Shown one piece after another: positions 25,001 to 35,672 of a DNA stretch of 64,000 bases. Below the pieces are notes generated by a model. The model did not search any database and was not told the DNA's origin. It was given only the letters and a program-made list of their open reading frames with translations. Numbering within the stretch: the first letter of the stretch is position 1; each line of letters begins with the position of its first letter. The DNA is from Podarcis cretensis (taxonomy: Eukaryota). The position numbers were made by a program, and so were the translations under genes. The DNA lies in the NCBI GenBank assembly GCA_951804945.1, contig OX638153.1, forward strand, positions 31,372,001 through 31,436,000, in the 5' to 3' direction.

Positions 25001-25782
25001 TGTTATACCGCTTAGTAGTGTTAACCTCAGAGATACCAATCCCAGACGTGACCCGTTCTTCAGCCTACCAAGTACTTATTTGAGTCACATTGAGTCCCGT
25101 TCAACCAGCTGGTCTGTCAGTCCCACCATCTCTGTTGCTGGGGCCTTCAAACAAGGGTTGAATCACACAGAACTGAGAGCAGTCTTGTGAAGGTTCTGAC
25201 ACCAGTCAAGATCATACCTCAGCCTTGGGAAATCTTTAAAACATGAATGGGGTGGACGGGGACCTGTGACTCTCCAGACAGACTTCAGCTCCCAACAGAC
25301 CCAGCCACAGACTTGTGGTCCAGCCGCATCTAGAGGACCATCGTTTCCTCATCTCTGCTTCAAAGCATAGTTTGGGCCAGAGGGTCACCAACAGTGCAAT
25401 CCTGCGCAGGTTGACTTGGAAGTGGAGTTCACTCCCAAGGAAAAGGGTAACAGATTGTAGCTAAAGCCATTGCTGAGGAACATTCTCACCAGTCATCCCA
25501 ATTCCACTCCTCCCCCATAACATCAGCTTGTGATGACTTCATGCAGTTGCCCTGCGAAAGATGATCATCCAAACTGTCTCTGTGTCATAAAACCCACATG
25601 GACAACCCACATCTTCCTGGGAGGAGGAGAAAGAGGTGGAGTCATATAAGGCCTTGGCACACACCATGATTGCTAGAATAGGTATGTGACCAGCAGGGTG
25701 AGTGTCAGAAGAAAGACTTTGCAAATGCAAATGTTTTGGAGTCATAGGAAACCCTAAGCTGACGCTGTACTCTTGCCAGAGG

Positions 25783-25796
25783 GTGCCACCTACTGG
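25783..25796 (-). promoter_or_regulatory. Candidate CTCF site
   Basis: Minus strand CCAGTAGGTGGCAC matches the CTCF core. Confidence 0.45.
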
Positions 25797-28700
25797 GATG
25801 AAAAGGGAGGGCATGCACATCTCCACCATAGATTTCCTGTAGTTCTGCATTCTGCACTTCATGTCTGCAGCATGGGACTGTCGTTCCAAGGAACATTTTG
25901 TATGGTTGAGACATTTCTATCCCATTCTTCATCAAGGATTTTCAAGGAGTTCATGACTCATTTTAAAATACAAATAATATGCATTAAAAATTGATATCAA
26001 TAAAACAAGCAGATTCTCTAAAATTAAACAGAATATTGTAATGACCTAGCTACGTTTAACTCAGCTTTTCATGGCTGGTTGTCCCCCCCCCCCATCCCTG
26101 TGGTTGTAAAGGGTCGCTGTGTTTATTTTGCAAGCATTCTGGCGCTAATTGAATTGTCGCTATCTGCATTTTGTTGCATTTCCTTTCCTTTGGACCCCCC
26201 CCCAAGGTGTGTGTGCGCGTCTATCTATCTACCATCTATCTATTTATCTACCTATTTATCTACCAAATCCCCTGTAACTGTGGATTACACTTCAGCCAAC
26301 TGATGGATTCTAGTCCATGAAAGCTTGTCACAATAAAGCCTTTAAGGTGCCAGAAGCCTCCTTATTGGTTTGCTGCAACAGAATAACAGAATGCCCATTG
26401 GGAAATGACCTAGGATAGTCAACCACTGTCCAGGGGAAATGTTCACCCAAGTAATAGTGGCTTGACCTGGTGCCTAAAAACAGGAAATGAGGGAGTCAGG
26501 TGTGTCTCATGGAGAAGCCAGTTCCAAAATTTTGTGCCGCTACCAAGAAAGACTCTTCATATGTACCCACCCAATGCACTTCAGATGGCGGTGTGACACT
26601 GAGCAAGGTCTTATCTGAGAATCACAACACACGGGTTGCTTATAGGCAAACGTAGTCCTTTAAACTTTTGTGATAAGGATACATGACCACTTAACAGAAG
26701 GCACTGCAGATCAATGCACAGTTACTAGTAATGAAGCCCTAGTGAACACAGTGGACTTTCATCCAACTAAACACGCACAGGTTCAGGCTGCAAGCCTAGC
26801 AGTTTTCACTTTATTGCATCCACAAATTTACAAGGAGATGGAGGGGAAAAAAAAACTTTTAACATCTGTAAATGATTACCGCCAGACACAAAGCAAGTCA
26901 TTAGATCTGCAAAGTTCCATCCTATTCTAACTCTAAGGCAAACCCTCTCCAAAGGAACAAAACATCAAGGAAATAATTTTCACTGTGTTTTATCTGTCGC
27001 TGGATGACATAAAAGCCAGTGGTTTAGCCAGCTGAATGCAGTAGAGACTGCATTTAACACACTTCTCCTTGGAAAAGGGCATGACAATAAATTCTGGGGC
27101 TCATAACTTGACCCAGAGGAAAATTCTCTGAGTCAAACTCTCCCTTAGTTCAACCACCGAGGCGCTCCAAAGTACTCTGGGAACCTTCAAATGCCTTGTG
27201 CCTAAAGGCATCTCTTCCAGCCCCCTGCTTTTTTTTGTAATGGCACAATATTTGATGAGAATCTACAGCTTATAAGTTTCAGCACAGCTGAAATTCAATG
27301 ACCAGATCCAGCAACAGATACTCTGCATGCATTTGAAAACACTCTCTTGAAACCAGACCCACAGTCCCAGTATCTGACATTATGACTTCCTCTTCTCTGC
27401 ATTACAAAATTTAATTTGACGCAATTACCCAAGTTTTAATTTGGAAGAAAATGTGATGCTTCCGAGATAAAACTCCTTATCTCATTCACCTGCGCAGTCA
27501 TTGTCTTTCACCACCCTATCCACTGTTTTTATTCACTCACTTTGGCTTCCTTTTCTTTGTTCGTTCCTACAAATGAATTATAGCATCTTCAGCTAAATGC
27601 AAACCTGGGTATTAATATTTTAGGTTCCCCCTGACTGGCAGATCGAGACCCCGGAATGTTAAACCCAAATGACTGGTTTATAAAAGCACAGTAAAGAATC
27701 ATGGGAATTAATGGAATTTCTAAGCTTTCTCCTTCCTTGAGACTATCATTGTGTAGACAGCAAGAGCACTAGAGTTAAAAAAAAAAAGTTTGAAAATCGA
27801 CACCCCACCCCTTTCTGTAATCCCTCCCCTTTCATCCAACCATTCGTCACATTCTGCAAACATGGCTGTATATTTATTAAGTCCCTCATTCTTCCTTTCC
27901 CCTTCCCACCATCTAATGTCATCTGTGTGCTTGCTTAAAGCACATTCAATGCACATTGAAAGCACACGGATTCCCCCAAAGAATCCTGGGAATTGTAGTT
28001 TGTTAAGGATGCTGAGAATTGCAGCTCCATGGTAGGGGCAGGTACCATTCTCAGGTTTCTTTGGGGCAATCCATGTGTTTTTGATGTTTCTTGAATGGTC
28101 CTGGCATTGGGACACATGATGGATTCTGCAGGTATATTGCCCACTTCACTACCCAGCAGTCTTCCTCCCTGAGCTGGTCTCAGAGGCAGGGTTGAGAACT
28201 TGCATGTACACAACATGCAAACTGAAACACAGTCATCCTTCAAAGTTTGCATTTCTACGAATTTTGCAATACAGTTCTTCAGCCGAGTTCTGTGGACAAG
28301 AATGCATATATTATGTTAGAGTGTGTACATACTTGCATATATCAGTCGGGTAAATATTTTAAAAACTCATTGTGCTGTGCAAGAATGCTTTGCAAAAATG
28401 TGTATTTTAGGCAAAACTGTGTAGACTAGAAAAAATTCGCACCAAAATGCTGGTGAATTTTCACAAGGACCTTTTAAAAAATAAACTGCAAACCAATGTG
28501 GAAATGCTGGTTCAGAACCATGGTTAGTGGCTGAGCAGCTGAAAGAAGAAGGACAAGTCAGGTTTATTATTTCAACTGGGTAGTAAAAATGGAAGCCCTG
28601 TGCCCAGACTGACTAGTGAAAAGTTTGGAGCCTTTTTCTGCAGCCACTGGGTTTTAAGTGGGGTTTTAAGCTGTGGAGATAAAGCTGCTCAAGGCTTTTC

Positions 28701-30087
28701 TGATCCTCCGAGGAACCCGTGGTCCAGTTTCAAGAGGGTTTCAGAAGCATCCCTCAGGGTTCAGGGGACAAGTCGCAAGCTCTGATGCCTGTGGATTCAC
28801 ATGGGTATGGCCAGGGAGTTGACCAGCTTCTCATTTGTAAGACTTTGCACTGGCAGATTCGTAGTCTGGGGCTATGACACCAACATATTGAAACTTGTGC
28901 AGAAAAATAAAATATCAAATATTTCCTTTACGCTCTTGTTTTCCTTCTTCCTTAGGTTGCTATGCTATCCTGGGTGTCAGTTCTGTGGCCCCAAACATTT
29001 TGAACAGAATAGACTCCTCGCCCCCACCGTCCTCCCAGGAGCAGCACCTATAATTGCCTCCTGGCTGTCAGCACACCAGATTCTCCCAGTGTGTTTGTCC
29101 TGGGGATTTGAGACCCCATTCCTTTGGCCAGTGTGGCATTTCCAGATTTCTATCTACCATGAGATTTGGCTGCCAAATTGCAGGAAGCTGAGCTGCAGAG
29201 ATCAAGGCGAGGGTAACGTAAGGCAGAGAATGAGCAGCAAATGTGTATGACTGGCTGCTTTTCCTTCTCTCAAAGCTTGTTCATGGTGGGAAACAAAATC
29301 AGAAAAGAAAGGGGAAAATTATATATATTTTTAAAGAACCCAGGAAAGGGTAGGAGGGAGTGGTTTGCGGTTCAGTAACTTCAGAGTTCTTTCTGCTTTG
29401 CAGAGCTTCACAAGTGACACTAGCGTGTGATTCGATTAGGGAAAGCACTTCACTTTCTACTGATTCCAAAAATCTATTTGGCTTTCATTTGAGATGATGA
29501 TATAAATCCAGTTCAACAGCCGGCGAGAAGCAGAGCCTCTTCCTCCCTAGATCATTCCTGTAAATCCAAGATCTGTGCACTTTGCTTTCCTAAGATAGCT
29601 GACCCCGTGGAAGGGTGACCGGTTGACAGGGAAACATACATCAGAGGGCACTGGGATCCCCCAGCATCACCAGAAGAGCCGTAACTCAGCATCCATAAGG
29701 GCAGGAGAGGCATCCTTCTGTTGTGATACTTTCAGTTCTACGCAGGTACGTGTGTCAGAGAGGACTGGAATGAGATAAAGTCACACAAAAAAGAAGAAGA
29801 GTTGCAGCTCTCCTATGTAGGCCAGGCCTGAAATATATTGGTACCTGAGATGGAAAATCCAAATAGTCCTCTCTACCAACTTCAGGAATTATACTGCTAC
29901 ACAGTGAAGGAGAATATATTTTCTTTGAATGGCTGCCCCTTTTCATAGTGCCTGCAGTGGCTGTTTCACTCTGCCTAATGGTAGTCATTGTAATGGCCTG
30001 ATTGTCTTCTTGACTCACCCCTGAGATCATTCAACACAATGCTCAAATTATTATGTCAGTTAGCACAAGGAGTGCTAAGTAGTGTGA

Positions 30088-30248
30088 AGGTTGCATCCAC
30101 ACCACACATTTAAGGCACATGGTTTCCTCCAAAGAATCGTGGGAACTGTAGGTTGTTAAGGGTGCTGGGAATTGTATCACTCTGAGGGCCAGAGTGCAGT
30201 TCCCAGGATGCTTTGGGAGGAAAGCCTTGCACGGTGTGGATGTGACCT
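30088..30248. mobile_element. Palindromic MITE (Harbinger-like ends)
   Basis: AGGTTGCATCCACACC / GGTGTGGATGTGACCT; related pieces near 27935-28020 and 42240-42310. Confidence 0.6.
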
Positions 30249-30886
30249 TAGCACTACTTTGGATCCAAGCCTTTGTGCCTCGTTCTGTGGTTGTGAGCAT
30301 TGGAGAAAATCTCAAGCTTCTCCACTTCCTGGCTGGTATTTTGCCCTTCATCTTCCACTAATAACACAAATAACCGGATCCCTGAACTGGAATTCTGTTG
30401 GACGCTGTCTAGACTCAAAGCTGGTTGCCTGGGACAATGGCATAAACCAAGGCACTGTGATCAAAAGTGATGTTTTAGGCACTATCAACACAGCCCTATA
30501 GGTGCCAGCTCTGAACCAAGCTCAGTGGGGCTTACTCACACAGGTAAGTGCACTTATCATTGCAGCCTATCTACATCTACATTTGACCTGGGAATGGAGT
30601 CTCATGTCCTGGGGAGGTGGGGAGGAGAAAACAACAACCCGGATCTGCAAGCTGTAAACAGAGGCCACAAATCCCTGTCAGTATGTTACCTAAATTATTT
30701 ATTGTCCAGAGGGTACAATAACTATCAAAAATTCATCGGCAATAATGTTCTACAACCTCAAACTGACAGTTCTGCTATTTTGAGTGTGTGCAGCCTTCCT
30801 GGGGTGTCAGATCTCAAAAGTTTGCTTCACAAAAAACACACACAGGGCATAAGCAGGATGACATGGAGACTTGAGGCCCTGCTTTC

Positions 30887-31199
30887 TGTTGATTTGTAGC
30901 ATCCAAGTGCACAGCGGAATGATGAGGAATACGTGCCAACATGCTCTGTATTGCTTTATTTACATTTCATAGCTGGTAGATTACAGAAAACCATCTTGTC
31001 TCTGCCGAAGCAGAAAAATGCATCCTCTCTCCTCTGAAGCACAGAGAGAATCACACTGAACAGTGAAAAACAGGAAACCAGTGTACGTCACATCCAGCCT
31101 CCCTTTCCCATGGGAAAACTCCAACAGTAACTCTGTGGAATGTAAACATTGTCTTGTGACAAGCCTTTCGCTGCACAGTGAAGAGAGCAGAAACCAACA
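30887..31199 (-). repeat. 3' LTR of the copia element
   Basis: 313 bp, preceded on the minus strand by the PPT; carries AATAAA (plus-strand tttatt, 30955-30960). Confidence 0.97.
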
Positions 31200-31213
31200 T
31201 CCTCCCCCTTTCT
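31200..31213 (-). promoter_or_regulatory. Polypurine tract
   Basis: Minus strand AGAAAGGGGGAGGA directly abuts the TG of the 3' LTR. Confidence 0.92.
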
Positions 31214-31246
31214 GTGAACACCACTGGGCAGCGTGTTCGTACAATA

Positions 31247-34200
31247 TCAGTACAAACCCAACTTCTGCACATAGGTACAGTGTTGATCCCTTGATACAAT
31301 CTTGGACAATACATCAGCAGGAATTTCATTACCTGGCATATAGGACACCGTTACGAGTCCCTTCTGAATACGTTCCCTAGCATGTTGCAACTTCAATTGC
31401 AAGTGCTTCGTGCTTTGCTTACAACCTTCAGAATTCAGCAAAGCCAAACATGCTTTGTTGTCCTGGTAAACCTGGATTGGACATTTGACAGGAATTTTCA
31501 TGTCTTTGCACAATTGTAACAACCATTCACAATCCTTAAGTGAATAAGACAATGCATTCAGTTCAGCTTCACAAGTACTTAAGCTAACTGTTGTTTGCTT
31601 CTTGCATGACCAATCAAATAGAGCCTGATTGTACATATAGCAAACTCCAGACGTGCTTTTCCTGTCTGTAGTGTCACTTCCAAAACTTGCATCTGCAAAT
31701 ATCTCAAGACCACCAGACTTCTGATTGTTAAATCTCAGTCTGTAATGCATAGTGCCTTTCAAATACCGCGCTACGCGTTTCAGAGCTTTCCAATCCTTAA
31801 CAGTAGGATTGTTGACTTGTCTGCTTAGCAAATTACAGCTAACAGCAATGTCTGGTCTTGAACATCTGGCAATGAAGTTTAGCTTGCCTAGCACACTTCT
31901 GTACAGTGTAGTGTCAGAAAATGCTTCTTCAGTGTCATCTACCTGATAACCTGTTGTCATCGGTGTGTCTACAGGGTTAGCATCCATCAGGTTTAGTTTG
32001 CTTAACACATCAGCAATTTTCTGTGACTGGTGTACTAGAATGTTACCATCTTGATCTCTTTCTATTTCCAGAGATAGGTAGTTGTTTACCTCACCAAGAT
32101 CTTTCATGTCAAAGTGTTCCTTCAGTTGAGCTAGGGCGTTATTGTACATTGTGACATCATCCCAAAAGAATAATAAATCATCAACATAAAACAAACAATA
32201 CAGTTTCTTTTGCCCCTCCTCTTTGACAAATACACATGGATCAGCTTTCCCTTGCTTAAAACCTAGAGAAAACAATACTTCAGTGAGTTTTGTGTGCCAA
32301 CACCGTGCACTTTGTTTGAGACCATAAAGGGATTTTTTCAGAGCACAAACAAATCCCTGTTTTACCTGTACGCCATCAGGTGGAAGCATATAAAGTGATT
32401 CATCTAGAGATCCGTACAGAAAAGCTGTATTCACATCGTGGTGACTAATGTGTAGATTCTCCTCTGCAGCTAGCTTAAGCATAAGTCTAATGCTCTCATA
32501 CCTCACTGTGGGTGAGTAGGTCTCGTGATAGTCTTCACCTGGTACCTGTGCAAAACCTCTGGCTACCAATCTGGCTTTGTGTCTGACTATCTTGCCATTT
32601 TGATCAGTCTTCGCTTTGAAGACCCATTTGCTTCCAAGCAGTTTCATTCCTGGAACTACTGGAACAAGTTCCCATGTTTTGTTCCTTTCCAAGGAATCAA
32701 GCTCAGCCTTCATGGCATTTAACCATGGCTCAGCTTCCTTTGAATCCAAATCCTGGATTTCTTGGAAACTTGAAGGTTCAAATACCTTCTTGGAGCTTTT
32801 AACAGCTGTTACTGCTATCTTGGCAAACTCATCAGCAAATCTCTTTGGAGGTCTGCCTTTTGTGGCTCTTTGTGACCTGCGAATTAGCCTTAGGTCTTCA
32901 ACACTTTCCTCTTCCTTCTTAGGAGAAAAGCGACCTATTGTGAACAATGGTTCCTCCAATTCTTGATCAGAGCTTTCAGAGGGTCGCATAGAGGCTTTCG
33001 CACTCTTGAAATCCTCTGAATCACCTGATTCAGTTTCAGACTCAGAATCAGAACTTTCATCAGTGGGTGTGGGTTGCTGCGGTTGCTTTTGACTATCCTC
33101 AGTCTCATCACTGTCATCAGGATAACATTGGAAAATTCCCACATTCTCCCCCCACTTGGCATTGTACTCAACACTTCTTGTGAGCTTAATTGTCTTAGAG
33201 TCAGTCATCCTTATTCTGTAAGAACCTTTCTCATAACCTAGAAAGATACCATGCAAACCACGCTTGTCTAACTTGGAGTTTTGTGGTGAGTGAACCCACA
33301 TGTCAGAACCAAAAATTCTCATGTGTTTGATGTATGGCTTCTTGCCAAACATCTTCTCATAGGGGGTACAACCAATCGCTGAAGATAACCTGCGATTATA
33401 ACTGTAAGTGAAACATGAGAGAGCTTCGGCCCAATAACTCTCTGGAAGATTGGCATCATGTAGCAAGGTTTTTAACCCTTGAAGTAATGTCTGATTTGCT
33501 CGTTCCGCAAGCCCATTCTGCCATGGCGAGCGAGGACTAGACAAATCGTGTTGAATTCCTTTCTCAGTCAGAAAAGCTTCAAACTGCTGAGAAGTGAATT
33601 CTCCCCCGCGATCTGTGAAAAGAATTTTTACCTTCTTACCTTGCACATTTTCCAACCAAGCACAGAATTCCTTGAACCTAGGAAAAGCCTCTGATTTCTG
33701 CTTGAGATTGTACACATGAATATACCTGGAAAACGCATCAATGAGAACCATGAAGTACCTATTTCCTCCCAAAGAGGGCGCTAGTGGTCCAACCAAATCA
33801 GCATGAACAATTTGGTATGGTTCTGTAGCTTGCCTACTAGACACCTTACCTTTCGCAGCCATTTTCACCTTGTTTGCTGCGCATGCCTTGCACTTCATGT
33901 GGTACCTGCAGGGTTTAATAGTCATACCTTCAACCAAGGCAGGCATTTTAGATACTGCCTCAAAACCCAAATGTCCAAATTTTCGATGAAAATCATGAAT
34001 ACATTCTGCATGCAAACATTTGTTAGAACCTGCAATGCAACAAGTGTCATCCTGCACAACATCATCATAATACAAAACATACAAACGATCAACATATTCA
34101 GCATACAATACATAATCATTTTTCTTTGTGATGATGCACCTTTTGTTCTTAAAGGAAACGTCAATGTTCCGCTCATTCATCTGTCCAACGCTGAGCAGAT

Positions 34201-35275
34201 TATGTTTGGCATCTGGAACATAAAGTACATTCTGTATCGATAAGTCCAAACTGTGAAGAACAACAGTTCCGTAGCCTTTACTGGGAATTGTGTGGTCATC
34301 CGCCTGGTGAATCGCACCTTCCTGCGGTGTAAAAGACACGAACAGTCGCTTATCGTTGCACATGTGATGGGTTGCCGCTGAATCAACAACGAAGAAAGAT
34401 CTAGACGTCTTCTGGACCTCTGCAACTTTCGGAGTGAAGCGTGAGACCATTGCTTTGGGCTGCGTTGTCCTGGACACCGGACCTTTGCCTCTGCTTTGGC
34501 CTTTTCCACGCGATGAGCTTTCGCTGCGCTGCTCTGTCTTGGCCCTGGGATATCTGCATTCCCTCTTCATATGGCCTAGACGTCCACAGGAGTAGCATTT
34601 CACTGCCTTCAAAGCTTTGGCGCCATCTGGTGGTTCCACTGCACTATGGGATGACGTCTGTGAAGACTCCCCCTTTCCCATGCAGCCAGCACCCCGGCGA
34701 TCTGCTTCATTTTGAATCACGGCAGTAACATAATCCACTGTCAGCTGAGCGGTAGGCTGTACAGCAATCTGAGTCGCAACAGACTCCCAACCTGAACCCA
34801 AAGATTGTAGTATCATGAAGGAATACACAGCCTCTGGAAAGTTGAGTCCTCTCTGTTGCAGCTCATGTCTCAGATTCTGCATCTCCATCAGATGTGTACG
34901 CACATCTCCACCTTCAGCAAGAGCCATATTATGCAGCTTGTTAAAATAAAACATAGTAGACCCAGCTTCTGTCCTCAAGTGTGCCTCCCTCAAAGCGTCC
35001 CAAATTTCTCTGGCTGAGGTCTTATCACGCAATAGACAGAGCTCTTCTGGGGATACTATCAATGTAAGAGTTCCCCTTGCTTTGGAATCTTTAGCTTTCC
35101 ATGCATCTGTAACTGGAGCTGGGGGGGTGTCTGTAATAACTTCAAACAGACCCTCTTTCCGCAGAATAGCCTCTGCATAGATAACCCAGTCCGTATAATT
35201 CTTCTTATTGAGCTTGGGAATCCCACAAGCATCCTGAAGGGCCACCATGACTCTGGCATTAGCCTTCTGCGTCAT
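31247..35275 (-). CDS. Copia gag-pol polyprotein (~1342 aa from first ATG)
   Basis: Gag LNKKNYTDW; CCHC knuckle CYSCGRLGHMKREC; protease DSAATHHM; HHCC (HRKFGH...CKAC); integrase D-D-E (HADLVGP, TDRGGEF, NGLAER); GIFLGY motif; RT KARLVARG, LYGLKQ, YVDD; RNase H ADASF, RKSTSG, EAE, QDN, ADVLSK. No stops or frameshifts. The ORF-track start at 35293 is a TTG; the first ATG is 35275. Confidence 0.97.
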   Translation of the reverse strand: MTQKANARVMVALQDACGIPKLNKKNYTDWVIYAEAILRKEGLFEVITDTPPAPVTDAWKAKDSKARGTLTLIVSPEELCLLRDKTSAREIWDALREAHLRTEAGSTMFYFNKLHNMALAEGGDVRTHLMEMQNLRHELQQRGLNFPEAVYSFMILQSLGSGWESVATQIAVQPTAQLTVDYVTAVIQNEADRRGAGCMGKGESSQTSSHSAVEPPDGAKALKAVKCYSCGRLGHMKRECRYPRAKTEQRSESSSRGKGQSRGKGPVSRTTQPKAMVSRFTPKVAEVQKTSRSFFVVDSAATHHMCNDKRLFVSFTPQEGAIHQADDHTIPSKGYGTVVLHSLDLSIQNVLYVPDAKHNLLSVGQMNERNIDVSFKNKRCIITKKNDYVLYAEYVDRLYVLYYDDVVQDDTCCIAGSNKCLHAECIHDFHRKFGHLGFEAVSKMPALVEGMTIKPCRYHMKCKACAANKVKMAAKGKVSSRQATEPYQIVHADLVGPLAPSLGGNRYFMVLIDAFSRYIHVYNLKQKSEAFPRFKEFCAWLENVQGKKVKILFTDRGGEFTSQQFEAFLTEKGIQHDLSSPRSPWQNGLAERANQTLLQGLKTLLHDANLPESYWAEALSCFTYSYNRRLSSAIGCTPYEKMFGKKPYIKHMRIFGSDMWVHSPQNSKLDKRGLHGIFLGYEKGSYRIRMTDSKTIKLTRSVEYNAKWGENVGIFQCYPDDSDETEDSQKQPQQPTPTDESSDSESETESGDSEDFKSAKASMRPSESSDQELEEPLFTIGRFSPKKEEESVEDLRLIRRSQRATKGRPPKRFADEFAKIAVTAVKSSKKVFEPSSFQEIQDLDSKEAEPWLNAMKAELDSLERNKTWELVPVVPGMKLLGSKWVFKAKTDQNGKIVRHKARLVARGFAQVPGEDYHETYSPTVRYESIRLMLKLAAEENLHISHHDVNTAFLYGSLDESLYMLPPDGVQVKQGFVCALKKSLYGLKQSARCWHTKLTEVLFSLGFKQGKADPCVFVKEEGQKKLYCLFYVDDLLFFWDDVTMYNNALAQLKEHFDMKDLGEVNNYLSLEIERDQDGNILVHQSQKIADVLSKLNLMDANPVDTPMTTGYQVDDTEEAFSDTTLYRSVLGKLNFIARCSRPDIAVSCNLLSRQVNNPTVKDWKALKRVARYLKGTMHYRLRFNNQKSGGLEIFADASFGSDTTDRKSTSGVCYMYNQALFDWSCKKQTTVSLSTCEAELNALSYSLKDCEWLLQLCKDMKIPVKCPIQVYQDNKACLALLNSEGCKQSTKHLQLKLQHARERIQKGLVTVSYMPGNEIPADVLSKIVSRDQHCTYVQKLGLY

Positions 35276-35654
35276 CTCTGCTGCTTTAAACAAGCTGCTT
35301 TATACAAGCTGCATCTCTGCTGCTTCAAGCCTTATTCCAAAGGCAAGTTCAAAACAGCTTTCTCTCTGCCCTAAATCATGCTGCGTCACTTCTGCAGCTG
35401 CTTCAGCCCTTTTAAAAGTTACTTTCGATTTCGCCAGCATAGCCATAGCCGCTGCCTGTTTCCGGCAAACGGACATAAAAGTTCAAAGTCCAGCCATAAA
35501 GCCATTAAATAGAAGCTGGCAGGCTGCCCGGAGCAGTAGCACATACCTCATCAATCATCTTGACGCGCAGATACCGTCCGATCCGTGCCTTTGCATTCCA
35601 TTGCATACCTTGCCGGCACTCCGAAGTCCATCCGTCACTTTGACTGCGTTGTTT

Positions 35655-35668
35655 CTGGGCCCATAACC
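35655..35668 (-). promoter_or_regulatory. Primer-binding site complementary to the anticodon arm of initiator tRNA-Met
   Basis: Minus strand GGTTATGGGCCCAG, 4 nt after the 5' LTR; plus strand CTGGGCCCATAACC is an internal segment of tRNAiMet including the CAU anticodon. Confidence 0.92.
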
Positions 35669-35672
35669 AAAA

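Noticed and set aside
31200-31246. Possible env-like gene making the element a retrovirus
   Set aside because: Only 47 bp lie between the pol stop and the 3' LTR, and the domain order is copia, not retroviral
31063-31380. ORFs starting MKNRKPVYV here and at 35849-36154
   Set aside because: GTG-start frames duplicated only because they begin in the LTR and run into unrelated sequence
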